Positions 38,180 through 48,643 of a stretch of 64,000 bases of DNA are shown piece by piece; position 1 is the stretch's first letter, and every line of letters starts with the position of its first letter. The stretch lies in NCBI GenBank assembly GCA_030059675.1, contig JANVYQ010000001.1:256001-320000 (forward strand). Direction: 5' to 3'. The translations under genes and the position numbers were made by a program. The notes under the pieces were generated by a model. That model was not told the DNA's origin. It was given only the letters and a program-made list of their open reading frames with translations, and searched no databases. The stretch is from Candidatus Pelearchaeum maunauluense (GTDB lineage Archaea > Thermoproteota > Nitrososphaeria_A > Caldarchaeales > Caldarchaeaceae).

Positions 38180-39712
38180 CTAGTAGCTAGACTTGGAGGC
38201 TGGATACACATCAACCTCCAGCTTCATCCTACGCGCCGTCTTCAGAACCTTATTCTGGCACTTCTTGAAGTAAGTCCTGAGCTGCTCCTCTGGTATGTAT
38301 ATCCTAGCCGTGTCGTTCTCCAGCTCTATCGTATAGTCCTCAATATGCCTCGCGAGTATCTGGCTGATAATCTTCACCCTCTTGTCCTCTGGCTTCTTCT
38401 CCTTAATCGGGACGAAGAAGACACGCTCACCGAAGACGTATAGCTCATGCTCAGGCTCGTCGGTCAGAAAGTTCTTCACTATAACAGTCGGCCTAGCGAG
38501 GTCTGCGCGCTTAAGGCCTGTGGGAACCTTCACGCTCACCTCAAGCGTGTGAATGCTCGCGACGCTCCCCTTATTCATGAAGATAAGAGTATCAACGATT
38601 GAGGGGAGTATCCCAATATCCACCTTGTTGGCAACCCTGTGGAGAGCGTCAATAGGAGAGCTGGCGTGGATTACTCCTATCATCCCAATACCAGCGTAGC
38701 GCAGGTCTATGTAGATGTCAAAGTCAGCCTGCTCCCGCATCTCGTCAAAAACAGTATAGTCAGGCCTACTCAACAAGAGAACATGATGAAGCTCGTTATC
38801 CTTTGAGGCGCTCTTGGAGTACTGCGTTATGTCTGGCGGTAGCTTGAGGTCGCGCGGGCTCTCAATAGTCTTCACAACCTTATTGAGGTTGCGGTAGTAT
38901 TCAGCCAGCGCCTGGGCGAAGGTTGACTTACCCATCCCAGGAGGCCCAGCTATCAGTATCCCCTCAGCACGCACCGCGAGCCTCTCCATAACGCGGGTAG
39001 GTAGCTGATAGTCCTCAAGCCTAACACGCACCATTGGCTTAACGACAGTAATCTCCATACCATCGGAGAGCGGAGGCCGCGTAATCACCACACGATAGTC
39101 GCCGAGCTGGAGTATCGTCAAGTCAGGCTTATCAATCTCTATGAACGTCTCAGTCCCCAGATTATCATAAGCCTTCTGCATGATATGCGCTATCATGGAC
39201 TCTATCGCTATCCTATCCATCACGCGGCTGTCTATCTCTTGGAATACCCAGCTTCCTGGGTGGCCGCGCTTTATCCTAGGCGGGAGCCCCTCCTTCAGGT
39301 GGAGGCTCATCACATCGCTGGTGAATATCTCATCTATGTTGAGCGGGGGCTCTGGTATCACATACCTGCACCTAACACCCATGGCCTCAGCGACGCGGGC
39401 AGTTATCGGGTCTGATGTGAGGAAGGTAAGGCCATTCTCGCGGCAGTACTCTAAGAGCGTCTCGCGCCAGCCAGCATCATGGGAGACGCTCCCCACAAAC
39501 TCAACAACGACGCCATGCTTGTTGCTCTCCTCGGTAAGCCTACGCAGCCCATCCAAAGCAGCAGTATCGCCGCTAAAAGCACGCTCCTCAACCCGCTTAA
39601 GCAGGGCGCGGTGTATCAGGAGCCTAACCGCTCCCCCACCATCACCCAAGAACCCGCGAGCCGCATCAAGCCTGAGAGCAGACTCGTCTGGGAGTATCCT
39701 CTCCTGAACCAT
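38180..39712 (-). CDS. PINA-type PIN domain + PilT-like ATPase
   Basis: N-terminal PIN-like domain, GPPGMGKSTF, TIESPRDL, PDYTVFDE and DLARP. Confidence 0.85.
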   Translation of the reverse strand: MVQERILPDESALRLDAARGFLGDGGGAVRLLIHRALLKRVEERAFSGDTAALDGLRRLTEESNKHGVVVEFVGSVSHDAGWRETLLEYCRENGLTFLTSDPITARVAEAMGVRCRYVIPEPPLNIDEIFTSDVMSLHLKEGLPPRIKRGHPGSWVFQEIDSRVMDRIAIESMIAHIMQKAYDNLGTETFIEIDKPDLTILQLGDYRVVITRPPLSDGMEITVVKPMVRVRLEDYQLPTRVMERLAVRAEGILIAGPPGMGKSTFAQALAEYYRNLNKVVKTIESPRDLKLPPDITQYSKSASKDNELHHVLLLSRPDYTVFDEMREQADFDIYIDLRYAGIGMIGVIHASSPIDALHRVANKVDIGILPSIVDTLIFMNKGSVASIHTLEVSVKVPTGLKRADLARPTVIVKNFLTDEPEHELYVFGERVFFVPIKEKKPEDKRVKIISQILARHIEDYTIELENDTARIYIPEEQLRTYFKKCQNKVLKTARRMKLEVDVYPASKSSY

Positions 39713-39878
39713 CCCTTCCCCTTTAACTCAACCCAAACAACCACACGCCACCTATTAAATTGATGGCATCACAGCCGAGGCACGTTTAGAGCTCCCTAGC
39801 TTCCAAAACTCCCAAATTTAAAGAGAATAGCCCCAACAGAATATCAATATATGAGACTAGCTCAATAGATGGTGAGGA

Positions 39879-40256
39879 TTGGTAGAGAAGATACCAAGCT
39901 GGATTGAGAGGCTCTTACTCCCAAAACTAAGCGAAATAGCAGGAGAGTTAAAGGCGGTCAACACTAGAATTGACTCGGTTGAACGGCGTATAGATTCTGT
40001 TGAGAAGCGGCTTGAGAGCTTTGAGACGCGCATAGGCTCTCTTGAACTACGCGTTGGCTCTGTTGAGAAACACGTAGAACGTTTAGAGAATCAGCTCAAC
40101 ACATTACACAAAACTATGGATGACAGGCTCACCAGCCTAAGAGGGGAGATGCTAGCAAAATTTGAGATGCTCAACACGAGGCTTCAAGTTACTGAGCATA
40201 TAGCCACGCTTGAGGCAAAGATTAGGGAAATTGAGAGTAAGCTGGCAAAAGAATAA
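39879..40256 (+). CDS. Coiled-coil hypothetical protein
   Basis: Heptad repeats RIDSVE/RLESFE/RIGSLE. Confidence 0.7.
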   Translation: MVEKIPSWIERLLLPKLSEIAGELKAVNTRIDSVERRIDSVEKRLESFETRIGSLELRVGSVEKHVERLENQLNTLHKTMDDRLTSLRGEMLAKFEMLNTRLQVTEHIATLEAKIREIESKLAKE

Positions 40257-40268
40257 CATCATCACTAT

Positions 40269-40385
40269 TCAAATTTCCAGCGTGTTTTTTCTTCGTGCTC
40301 CTCTGAATATTCGTAGGAAGAGGATGATGAGGAGTATTGCGAGGACTATGATTATGAATTTTCCCTGTACCGCTAGTGCTGCCAC
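40269..40385 (-). CDS. Possible 38-aa single-TM protein downstream of hisC
   Basis: MAALAVQGKFIIIVLAILLIILFLRIFRGARRKNTLEI; purine-rich SD-like sequence before GTG. Confidence 0.35.
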   Translation of the reverse strand: MAALAVQGKFIIIVLAILLIILFLRIFRGARRKNTLEI

Positions 40386-40394
40386 GTCTCTCCC

Positions 40395-41486
40395 TTACCC
40401 TGCTAGTATTGTGTTTAGGCTGCGTATTAGTTTGTTGTTTTGTGTTGGTAGTCCTATGCTTATCCGTAGGCAGTTCTCCAGCCCCTTTACGTGTGAGAGT
40501 TTTCTGACAACTAGGCCGCGTTGCATGAGTTTTTCATGAACCTCGTCTGCGTTGTGTTTGTGTAGTTTTATCAGTATGAAGTTGGCCTCTGACGGGTATG
40601 CTGTTATTGTGCTGTTTTTCTGGAGTTCTTTATAGATGCGCTCTCTTTCTGCCAGGGTTGCTTCCACCATGCGCTTGAGCTGCCGTAGGTCGTGGAGGGC
40701 TGTGCTCGCTAGGGCTAGTGAGATTATGCTCAGGCTATTTGGTGGTCTTGCTTTGTTGAGCTCGCGCACAGTCTCCTCGGCAGCTATGATATACCCAACA
40801 CGCGCCCCAGCCAGAGCGAACGCCTTAGAGAATGTCCTGACTATGATGAGGTTGCTGTAGCTGTTGGTGAGCTTTGCGAATGTCTTGCCGCAGTACTCGT
40901 AGTATGCCTCGTCAACGACTACTGTGGCGTTGCTCTCTTCAAGCACCTGTCGGAGGGCTTTCTCGTCTGTTGTGTTTCCCGTCGGGTTGTTGGGGCTGCA
41001 TAGGAAGACCAGCCTGGCCTCCTCGCCTCTACATGCCGCGATTATTCCCTCTATGTTGTCGCTGAAGTCTTCGTGTCTCTGGATGAATATTGCCCTACCC
41101 CCCATGAGCTCGGTTGCGACCCTGAAGTATGAGTATGTAGGCGCCGAGATTACTGCCGCGCTCCCCTGGTCTAGGAACGTCTTTACAACGATATCCAAGG
41201 CCTCGTCAGCCCCGTTGGTTATGACGAAGCGCTCAACATCCATGCCCGTGTATTTTGAGAGGTCTTCGCGTAGTGCGCGGTATGATGTGTCTGGGTAGAG
41301 GTTTACCCGCATATTCTCCAGGTTCTTGGCTATTTTGGCGAGCCATTTCCTTGGGGTGTAGGGCGATGTGTTTAGGTCTAGGCGCGCTACTTGGCTCGGT
41401 CTTAGGCCGTATCGCCGCGCTATCTCGCTGGTTGAGGGCTCCCAGGAGTATGGCTCAAACTGCTGTATGAGTTGCCGTGTCTTCAT
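40395..41486 (-). CDS. hisC: Histidinol-phosphate aminotransferase
   Basis: NGADE, SPNNPTG, DEAYYE and RTFSKAFALAGARVGY. Confidence 0.9.
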   Translation of the reverse strand: MKTRQLIQQFEPYSWEPSTSEIARRYGLRPSQVARLDLNTSPYTPRKWLAKIAKNLENMRVNLYPDTSYRALREDLSKYTGMDVERFVITNGADEALDIVVKTFLDQGSAAVISAPTYSYFRVATELMGGRAIFIQRHEDFSDNIEGIIAACRGEEARLVFLCSPNNPTGNTTDEKALRQVLEESNATVVVDEAYYEYCGKTFAKLTNSYSNLIIVRTFSKAFALAGARVGYIIAAEETVRELNKARPPNSLSIISLALASTALHDLRQLKRMVEATLAERERIYKELQKNSTITAYPSEANFILIKLHKHNADEVHEKLMQRGLVVRKLSHVKGLENCLRISIGLPTQNNKLIRSLNTILAG

Positions 41487-41528
41487 GCTGCCCGCATGCT
41501 TACTAGAGCGTGGTAATATCCGTTGCCT

Positions 41529-42578
41529 TCACCAGCTCCAGAACCTCTCCACTACTACGCCGCTGCGCGGCTCCCGTATAGCGGAATATACTGCCAGGGC
41601 TAGTGAGATTACGTAGTCGTCATGCACTCCTTCGGGGGCTTCGTAGCGTGTCCCGCCCTTCCCCAGCTTCCTCTGGAACATGCTGAGATGATTTATCAGC
41701 TCAGTCGCGTCCGCTGGTATTGTTAGCCGCCTGTTCTGGATTAGGTTGCAGAGGGTAGTCTCTAGAGCTTCCTTGATGCTTGAGGTTATAGTAATCCCCT
41801 CGGTCTGCGGCAACTTTGACGCGAGCCGCTCATAGAGCGGCAGCCCCATCCCAGTCTTATCAACAGCTATGCACACAGGCCTAAGCCGCGCCCCCGCATC
41901 CTCAATAACTCTTAGCTGCTGGCTGAAGTCTGCTCCGCGGAGCTCGCGTAGGTATATTATGCGCAGGCCACCATCGGGCAGTAGCTCCACGCCCGTTATG
42001 ACCGTTGAGTCGCGGTATCTCCCGAAGTCTATGCCCATGAAGACTGGGTTCTCCACGCGCTCAGGCTCAGGAGTATAGTCCGAGACGCATGCGAGTATGG
42101 CGTCGTATGGTATGAGGGCGCCGCGCTCGTCCAGAAACTCCAGCTCCATCTCCTGCCTAAACTCGGTATGCGTTAGTATTGTGCGGAGCTCTCTAATCTC
42201 TTCCTCGCTTATGTGCCTGCATTCGGAGTAGTGAGCGCTGTGTAGGCTCCAGCCCTTTTTCTTCCTTCCCGCTTGGTATGCTTCGTAGAACCAGCCTCTC
42301 TTTCCCTTTGGTGTGGAGATTAGCGTTATCCTCCCGCGTTGGGCTGTTGTTGTGAAGGCTGTCGCTGTCTTGAGCTGGAAGTCGTCTCTGAACATGGCTG
42401 CCTCGTCTATGTAGATGTGGTCGGCGCGGTAGCCTCTCACGCCATCAGGGTTGTTGGGCAGGCTAACTATCCGCGAGCTGTTTGGAAACTCCACACGCGT
42501 CCGCGTCTCGCTCACAACAGCGCTGAAACGATACACCTCACCCTCAAAACGGATGCTAACATCCTGGAAGCTCCTCAA
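41529..42578 (-). pseudogene. Terminase large subunit (Terminase_6-like), lacking Walker A region
   Basis: RGY..IYIDEAA, ISTP.G..GWFY, FRQE, GIDFGR..DSTV, VDKTGMG and HDDYVISLALA. Confidence 0.8.
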
Positions 42579-43260
42579 GAGCTCGCCGCGTGGCTTCTAG
42601 AGAGCTTATGAGCAGGCCGTGAAGAGAGCCAGCGACGTTCCCAGCGTCAACGCCCAGCTTTGACAGGATTTTCCTGAACTCCTCGTTGGTTACTATCCCG
42701 TCCCGCATTGCGTCTGCAAGGCCTTCAACCGTGTTGAGCAGTAGCTTACTGGACTCGCCCGCGCCCAGTAGCTGGAGCTGTAGAGCCTGCTGAACCATGC
42801 TGTATGTTTGGGTTATGTAGTTGAGCAGCGACGCAGGCGCTGCTAGTCTCTCCCTGCTACGCCTAGCCTCCTCCGTGAGCTCCACATCGTAGCCCAGCGC
42901 CTTACTAACCGCGACGACCACGTCGTAGAAGTCTGATGCAACCACTACCGCGCTGCCTAATGCTGCGAAGCCCTTGGATGCTCTCTCAACGGCCTGCACC
43001 AGCTCCTCAAGCTGCCTACGCGCTTCTTCAGCGCCTGCGCTTAGCGTGTTGAGCTGCTCAGCCCCAAGCTCGGCGAGTTGCCTAAGACCTTCTGGAACGG
43101 CCTCGCCAGCCTGCTCAGCTTCAGCCATCGACTCGCGTATATCATCCATGAGTATGCCAAGAGGCTCAGCCATCTTCAGGACTTCCTGCCGCGTGAGCCT
43201 CCTCATCTCAACCCGCGCGCGTATCCACCTACCAGCCTCCTCCTCGGTAATCCTACCCAA
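42556..43260 (-). pseudogene. Helical tape-measure-like protein fragment
   Basis: Ala/Glu/Leu-rich amphipathic helices; runs directly into the terminase fragment. Confidence 0.4.
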
Positions 43261-43299
43261 GACATTCAGCTCCCCCTCAATCTTGCCCAGGAGCTGGTC

Positions 43300-43800
43300 A
43301 ACTTCATAGACAGGCTGGTGGCGGAGGAGGAGTTTAGGAACATAGACGACGTATGCCGTTACTATGGGCTCTCAAAGGAGTGGTACTACTCCCTCCGCAG
43401 GGCGGTCAAGATACGCAGGCGGCTAGACCACGATACAAGCGGTCTGCCAGTATCCACGCTCTCCCTGATAGAACGCTCAAACTACCAGCAGACAGGAAGC
43501 AGGGGCTCACACAAGCCCTCGCCGAAGAGCAGCTACCACGCGAAGCCGTGAAGCAAATCGTAGAGAGGATGGAGGAAAAACCAACAATAACAGCGGCGGA
43601 AGCAGTAGAAGAGCAGAAATCACACGAACCACAGAAAATAGAAGAAGGCTTCATAGAGGTGGAGGGAAGACTAACCTACAAATCAAGAGAACAGGAAGAA
43701 CAATAACAATAACAGCACAAGACCCCAAACAACAAACAACAACTAACAATACCAGCAGAAGACCTCCCAATAATCAGAAGGCTTATCCAAGAAATAATAT
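43300..43800 (+). pseudogene. HTH/ParB-C-like DNA-binding protein fragment (several frameshifts)
   Basis: IDDVCRYYGLSKEWYYSL HTH-like segment continuing in other frames. Confidence 0.4.
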
Positions 43801-43829
43801 AGAAAAGTTATATTAGGGTAGGTCATCTC

Positions 43830-44133
43830 TGAACCTGGGATTTGGGCCTCAATTAAAATAAACGAGGACACGAAGAGAGCATTAGAGAAGCTAAGAGCTA
43901 AGGTCATCCTCTCAACAGGCATGAAGATAACGCAACAGGAATTGCTTGATGCTATGGTAAGTTTTTCTGAAGAAAGGGAAGAAGAGCTTATACGCTATCT
44001 CTCAGGGGTAAGACTACCTCTTCCGCCTGACGAGCTTAAGAAGCTACTAAGCATACCAGTTGATTGAGGTGTAGAGACAAGCGAAGAGGACATAGACAAA
44101 ATTTTATATGGAAAGGCTGAGAAAAAGCAATGA
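43830..44133 (+). pseudogene. VapB-like antitoxin with nonsense mutation
   Basis: ASIKINEDTKRALEKLRA..KITQQELLD..PVD*GVETSEEDIDKILYG; in-frame TGA 44065-44067; no clear start codon. Confidence 0.7.
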
Positions 44134-44543
44134 GTGTTTCTAGATTCAAATGTGTTTATAGCATTTTACAATAAACGGGACTCTAATCATACACGCGCTG
44201 TTGAGTTAATAAATATGATAGCCAACGCTGATTTAGGCACTCCATATACCTCTGATTACATATTTGATGAAGCAGTGACTACCGCGTTAGCAAGAACTGG
44301 TAGGATGACTATAGCCCTTAACTTGGGCAGAATGATATTAGGAGAGATTACAAAGCCATTTGTGACTATGCTTAAGGTTGATGAAGATGCGTTTAGAATG
44401 GCCTGGCTATTTTTCAAAAATACCATAGAAAAACATTGAGCTTCACAGATTGCACATCTATAGCGCTCATGAAGCTAAGAAAAATAGAATATATTGTGAG
44501 CTTTGATTTAGATTTTGATGGAATAGTAAAAAGGGTCTACTAA
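44130..44543 (+). pseudogene. VapC PIN toxin, frameshifted
   Basis: FLDSNVFIA, TSDYIFDE, then frameshift near 44413 before LSFTDC..SFDLDF. Confidence 0.8.
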
Positions 44544-44577
44544 ACCTTTATTCAGTATTATTGTGTTTGTTTTTGTG

Positions 44578-44970
44578 ATGTTGCGGGTTGGTGATAGGGC
44601 TAGTTATACGAAGACGATAACCGCTGAGGATATCCGAGCCTACGCTGAGCTGACTGGCGATAAGAACCCCCTGCACCTTGACGAGGAATACGCCAAGAAT
44701 ACGCGCTTTGGCAGGGTTATCGCGCATGGTATGCTCACCGCTAGCCTAATCTCAGCCGTTATCGGAACGAGGCTTCCAGGGCCTGGGGCGATTTACTTGG
44801 AGCAGAGGCTGCGTTTTACGAGGCCTGTCTATCCTGGTGATACTATTACCGCTGAGGTGGAGGTTGTGGAGTTTCGCGAGGAGAAGGGGGTTGTGAGGCT
44901 TAGGACTGACTGCCTAAACCAGCGTGGTGAGCGGGTGATAGAGGGTGAGGCTGTTCTCCTGCTTAGATAG
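44578..44970 (+). CDS. MaoC-family (R)-specific enoyl-CoA hydratase
   Basis: TGDKNPLH, IAHGML, LPGPG and PVYPGD. Confidence 0.9.
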   Translation: MLRVGDRASYTKTITAEDIRAYAELTGDKNPLHLDEEYAKNTRFGRVIAHGMLTASLISAVIGTRLPGPGAIYLEQRLRFTRPVYPGDTITAEVEVVEFREEKGVVRLRTDCLNQRGERVIEGEAVLLLR

Positions 44971-44988
44971 AATAACATTATTATATAG

Positions 44989-46443
44989 ATGGCTGAAGCT
45001 AACGCGGCGTGGATGAGCCAGGCCTGGCCTCCTGTTTATGACGACAGCTACCTACCGCCGATGGATGAGCGGTACTGGTTTAGGGGTGTGGAGACGCTCA
45101 AGCCGCGTGAGCGTGAAAGGCTAATCCTTGAGAAGCTACGCGCACAGGTTCGCTACTGCTGGGAGAACTCCCCCTTCTATCGTAGGAAGTGGAGGGAGGC
45201 GGGTGTCTCCCCAGACACGCTAAAGAGCCTTGAAGACCTGCGTAAATTCCCCTTCACCACGAAGGAAGAGTATAGGCGCGACCAGTCTGAGAACCCGCCC
45301 TTCGGCTCAAACCTCTGCATACCGCGCGAGAGGATATTCACCGTTCATGGGACAAGCGGGACGACTGGCAAGCCTGGTGTGTTCGCGTTAAGCTATGATG
45401 ATGTTAGGAGGGTTGCGAATGCTCACGCGCGTATTATGTGGGGTTTTGGGCTTAGGCCGCGTGATACTGTGATGATAGCCGCGTTCTTCAGCCTGTATAT
45501 AGGGAGCTGGGGCGTGCTGTGGGGGGTTAATAGGCTAGGCGCCAAGGCATTCCCATTCGGCGCTGGCGCTCCAGGCCAGACGAGGATGGGCGTGAGGTGG
45601 GCAAGAGAGCTGAAGCCAACAGCACTATACGGAACATTCTCATACATCCTCCACTTCGCGGAGGTCGCGTATGAGGAGGGGATAGACCCGCAGAGAGACT
45701 TCAACTTCAGAATAATCTTCACCTCTGGAGAGCCAGGGGCGGCTCTGCCGACGATGAAGGAGAAGATAGCCAAGATATTCGGGGCCAAGCTGGTTGATAC
45801 AGGCTCAACAGCTGAGATGACGCCATGGATGACCAACGCGGAATGCGAGGAGACATGCGGGATGCACCTATGGCAGGACATAGTATACACGGAGGTGATA
45901 GACCCCAAGACGGGTGAGGTGGTTGACTACGGCGAGGAGGGCGTCCTAGTATATACGCATCTTGAGCGCGACACGCAGCCCATGATACGCTTCTGGTCAA
46001 ACGACATTACGCGATGGATAGACGAGCCCTGCGAGTGTGGAAGGACTTATCCACGTCTCCCGAAGGGGATTTACGGCAGGCTGGATGACATGCTCATTAT
46101 ACGTGGTGAGAATGTCTTTCCAAGCGCTGTTCAGGAGGCGCTTGAGTCTGTTGAGGGCTATGGGGGTGAGCATCAGATAATCATCACGCGGGAGAGGAGT
46201 ATGGATGTCTTGATTGTGCACGCCGAGTATAGCGAGGCGTACGCGAGGCGGGCTGAGCTTGAGCCTGCCCTGCTGGAGAAGCTCCGCGAGAAGATGAAGC
46301 AGAGCATAAGAGCCAAGTGCGGCGTCTCCGCGGTTGTTGAGCTCGTGCCGCCGAAGACGTTTGACAGGACGCAGCTAAAGGCTAGACGCGTAATAGACCA
46401 GCGCGAGCTCTATGAGGAGCTTAAGAGTCTACGAAAGGCCTAG
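44989..46443 (+). CDS. PaaK-family (phenylacetate-CoA-ligase-like) acyl-CoA ligase
   Basis: HGTSGTTGKP, SGEP, CECGRT and GRLDDMLIIRGENVFPS. Confidence 0.88.
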   Translation: MAEANAAWMSQAWPPVYDDSYLPPMDERYWFRGVETLKPRERERLILEKLRAQVRYCWENSPFYRRKWREAGVSPDTLKSLEDLRKFPFTTKEEYRRDQSENPPFGSNLCIPRERIFTVHGTSGTTGKPGVFALSYDDVRRVANAHARIMWGFGLRPRDTVMIAAFFSLYIGSWGVLWGVNRLGAKAFPFGAGAPGQTRMGVRWARELKPTALYGTFSYILHFAEVAYEEGIDPQRDFNFRIIFTSGEPGAALPTMKEKIAKIFGAKLVDTGSTAEMTPWMTNAECEETCGMHLWQDIVYTEVIDPKTGEVVDYGEEGVLVYTHLERDTQPMIRFWSNDITRWIDEPCECGRTYPRLPKGIYGRLDDMLIIRGENVFPSAVQEALESVEGYGGEHQIIITRERSMDVLIVHAEYSEAYARRAELEPALLEKLREKMKQSIRAKCGVSAVVELVPPKTFDRTQLKARRVIDQRELYEELKSLRKA

Positions 46444-46456
46444 CAACCTGCTCACG

Positions 46457-46849
46457 TCATGCTAGAGACCGTATCGTGCTCAGTATCCTTGAGAGCTGGG
46501 AGCCTGGTGGGAAGACCTCCTTAACCCCCAGCTGCTTGAGCCACTCAGCCTCGTTAGGCGGTATTATGCCGCCGACGATTACGGGTATGTCCGCGCCCTC
46601 CCTCTTCAAAAGCTCCAAAACCTCAGGAACCCTTACGTGGTGCATGCCCTGCATAGAGCTTATCCCAATTACATCCACATCCTCGTCAATAGCTACGCGG
46701 ACTATCGTCTCTGGGAGGGCGTATCCGAGGAAGATTATCTCAACACCGTTGTCGCGTAGGTAGCGGGCAACCATCCTAATTCCTACGTCGTGTATATCCA
46801 CACCCAGCTTTGCGAGCAGTACGCGCGGCCTTCGCCACGTCATGCTCAT
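46457..46849 (-). CDS. Acyl-CoA mutase small (cobalamin-binding) subunit
   Basis: AKLGVDIHDVG (DxHxxG), GISS, VGGIIP and VFPPG. Confidence 0.9.
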   Translation of the reverse strand: MSMTWRRPRVLLAKLGVDIHDVGIRMVARYLRDNGVEIIFLGYALPETIVRVAIDEDVDVIGISSMQGMHHVRVPEVLELLKREGADIPVIVGGIIPPNEAEWLKQLGVKEVFPPGSQLSRILSTIRSLA

Positions 46850-48549
46850 CCCCAGGCCAAGGCCTGCTGAGTCCCATAAACCTCGCGGAATACCTCGTAT
46901 ATCTCGCCCACCGTAGCGTATGCTGATGCAGCCTCTATCGCGTACGGCGTTAGGTTCTTGTTCTGCCTAGCAGCCTCGCGAAGCTCCTCAAGACGCGCCC
47001 TAACAGCCTCATCATTCCTCATGCGCTTCACGTATCTAACACGCTCCACCTGTTTCTCCTCAAGCTCCAACGTAACGCGGAGAAGCTCTATGTCAGGCTT
47101 CTCAGAGCCGCGCGCCTGGTAGATATTCACACCCACGACGGGAATCTCTCCACTCTCTATCTTAAGCAGCGTCTCATACCTAGAGTCGCTTATCTCCTTA
47201 CGCGGAAGCTGTCTCCTCGTAGCCTCAAGCATCCCGCCTATGGCTTCTATCTCATCCAGCTTCCTCCAGATTGCCTCCTCCACACGCTTGGTGAGGTACT
47301 CAACATAATACGAGCCAGCGAGGGGGTCTACGACGTTGGCCACACCCGTCTCGTAGAAGAGGATTTGCTGAGTTCTTAAAGCTATGCGCGCGGCCTTCTC
47401 AGTGGGCAGGCCTAGAGCCTCGTCCATCGCGTCGGTGTGGAGAGACTGAACACCGCCTAGAACCGCGGCGAGAGCGTGGTACGCTGTCCTTACAATATTG
47501 TTCTCAGGCTCCTGAGCCGTGAGCGCAACGCCCGAAGTCTGGGCGTGGAACTTAAACAGCCACGAACGCGGGTCTCGCGCCTTATACCGCTCGCGCATAA
47601 GCTTAGCCCAGACCTTCCGCATAGCCCTGAACTTGGCCACCTCCTCAAAGAAGTCGTTATGGACGCATAGGAAGAATGAGATGTGCCTAGCCGCTTGGTC
47701 TGCTGTTAGGCCGCGCCTCATGGCCTCTTCAACATAGACCATCGCATCGGCAATCGTGAATGCGGCCTCCTGTACCGCCGTAGCCCCAGCCTCGCGGAGC
47801 TGGTAGCCGCATACACTTATCGCATACCAGCGCGGCATGTTATACGCACACCACTCCAGAAGGTCAACCGAGAGCTTCAGAGCAGGCTCAAGGGGGAGAG
47901 GCGGGTTCCCAACATGGAAGAGCATCAGCGTATCGTTCTGAGTAGTCCCGCCTATCTTGCTCACATCAAGGCCACGCTTCCTAGCCATAGCGACAAACAT
48001 GGCGAAAATCGGCATACCAACGAAGTAGGTTATGAGGGAGGTGGTTATCCTATCAATCGGAATATCCTCAAAAGCAGTCTCCATATCATAGAGCGAGCTT
48101 ATCGGACTACCGCCCTGCCCAACCTCACCCCTAACACGCGGGTCGTCGGAATCATACCCGTAGATTGAAGGCGAGTCAAGAACAAGATTAAGCCCAGTCT
48201 CGCCATGCTCAAGCATAAACTTAAACCGCCTATTCGTCTCCTCAGGCGTCCCATAACCAGTAACCATCCTTATCGTCCACATCCTGCCACGATACATGTT
48301 TGGGTAGATTCCGCGCGTGTATGGATACTCTCCTGGAAAGCCTATGTCCCTGAAGTAATCTATGTCTTTCATATCTTCTGGCGTGAAGACGCGCTTTATC
48401 GGTATGCCCGACGCTGTGGTGCTCACATCGCGCTCTGGCACGCCTGTCTTCTCAATCCACTGCCGCAGCGTTATATTCTCCCAACGCTCGCGCTCGCTTT
48501 TCAGCCTCTCCAGAAAATCGCGGGAATAACCATGCTCTACTGGGGCCAA
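46846..48549 (-). CDS. Acyl-CoA mutase large subunit (MCM family, non-canonical active site)
   Basis: PGEYPYTRG, ETNRRF, FFEEVAKFRA, HAQTSG, GGVQSLHT and DPLAGSY. Confidence 0.92.
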   Translation of the reverse strand: MAPVEHGYSRDFLERLKSERERWENITLRQWIEKTGVPERDVSTTASGIPIKRVFTPEDMKDIDYFRDIGFPGEYPYTRGIYPNMYRGRMWTIRMVTGYGTPEETNRRFKFMLEHGETGLNLVLDSPSIYGYDSDDPRVRGEVGQGGSPISSLYDMETAFEDIPIDRITTSLITYFVGMPIFAMFVAMARKRGLDVSKIGGTTQNDTLMLFHVGNPPLPLEPALKLSVDLLEWCAYNMPRWYAISVCGYQLREAGATAVQEAAFTIADAMVYVEEAMRRGLTADQAARHISFFLCVHNDFFEEVAKFRAMRKVWAKLMRERYKARDPRSWLFKFHAQTSGVALTAQEPENNIVRTAYHALAAVLGGVQSLHTDAMDEALGLPTEKAARIALRTQQILFYETGVANVVDPLAGSYYVEYLTKRVEEAIWRKLDEIEAIGGMLEATRRQLPRKEISDSRYETLLKIESGEIPVVGVNIYQARGSEKPDIELLRVTLELEEKQVERVRYVKRMRNDEAVRARLEELREAARQNKNLTPYAIEAASAYATVGEIYEVFREVYGTQQALAWG

Positions 48550-48643
48550 ATGTTATACCACCAAAGCCCTAGCGCCACTCCGGTCTAATATAAACATTAT
48601 AACCACGCTTAAAACAGATAACAAACATGGATAAACCTCCGCT

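Larger units (their letters stand above)
41529..43800. mobile_element. Degraded head-tail provirus remnant
   Basis: Truncated terminase large subunit, helical tape-measure-like fragment and frameshifted HTH gene; no att sites seen. Confidence 0.6.

Noticed and set aside
44065-44067. In-frame TGA as selenocysteine
   Set aside because: Context fits Trp (PVDWG) and the partner toxin is also a pseudogene.
46846-48549. Labelling as standard methylmalonyl-CoA mutase
   Set aside because: The specificity residues are not Tyr/Arg, so no gene symbol was given.
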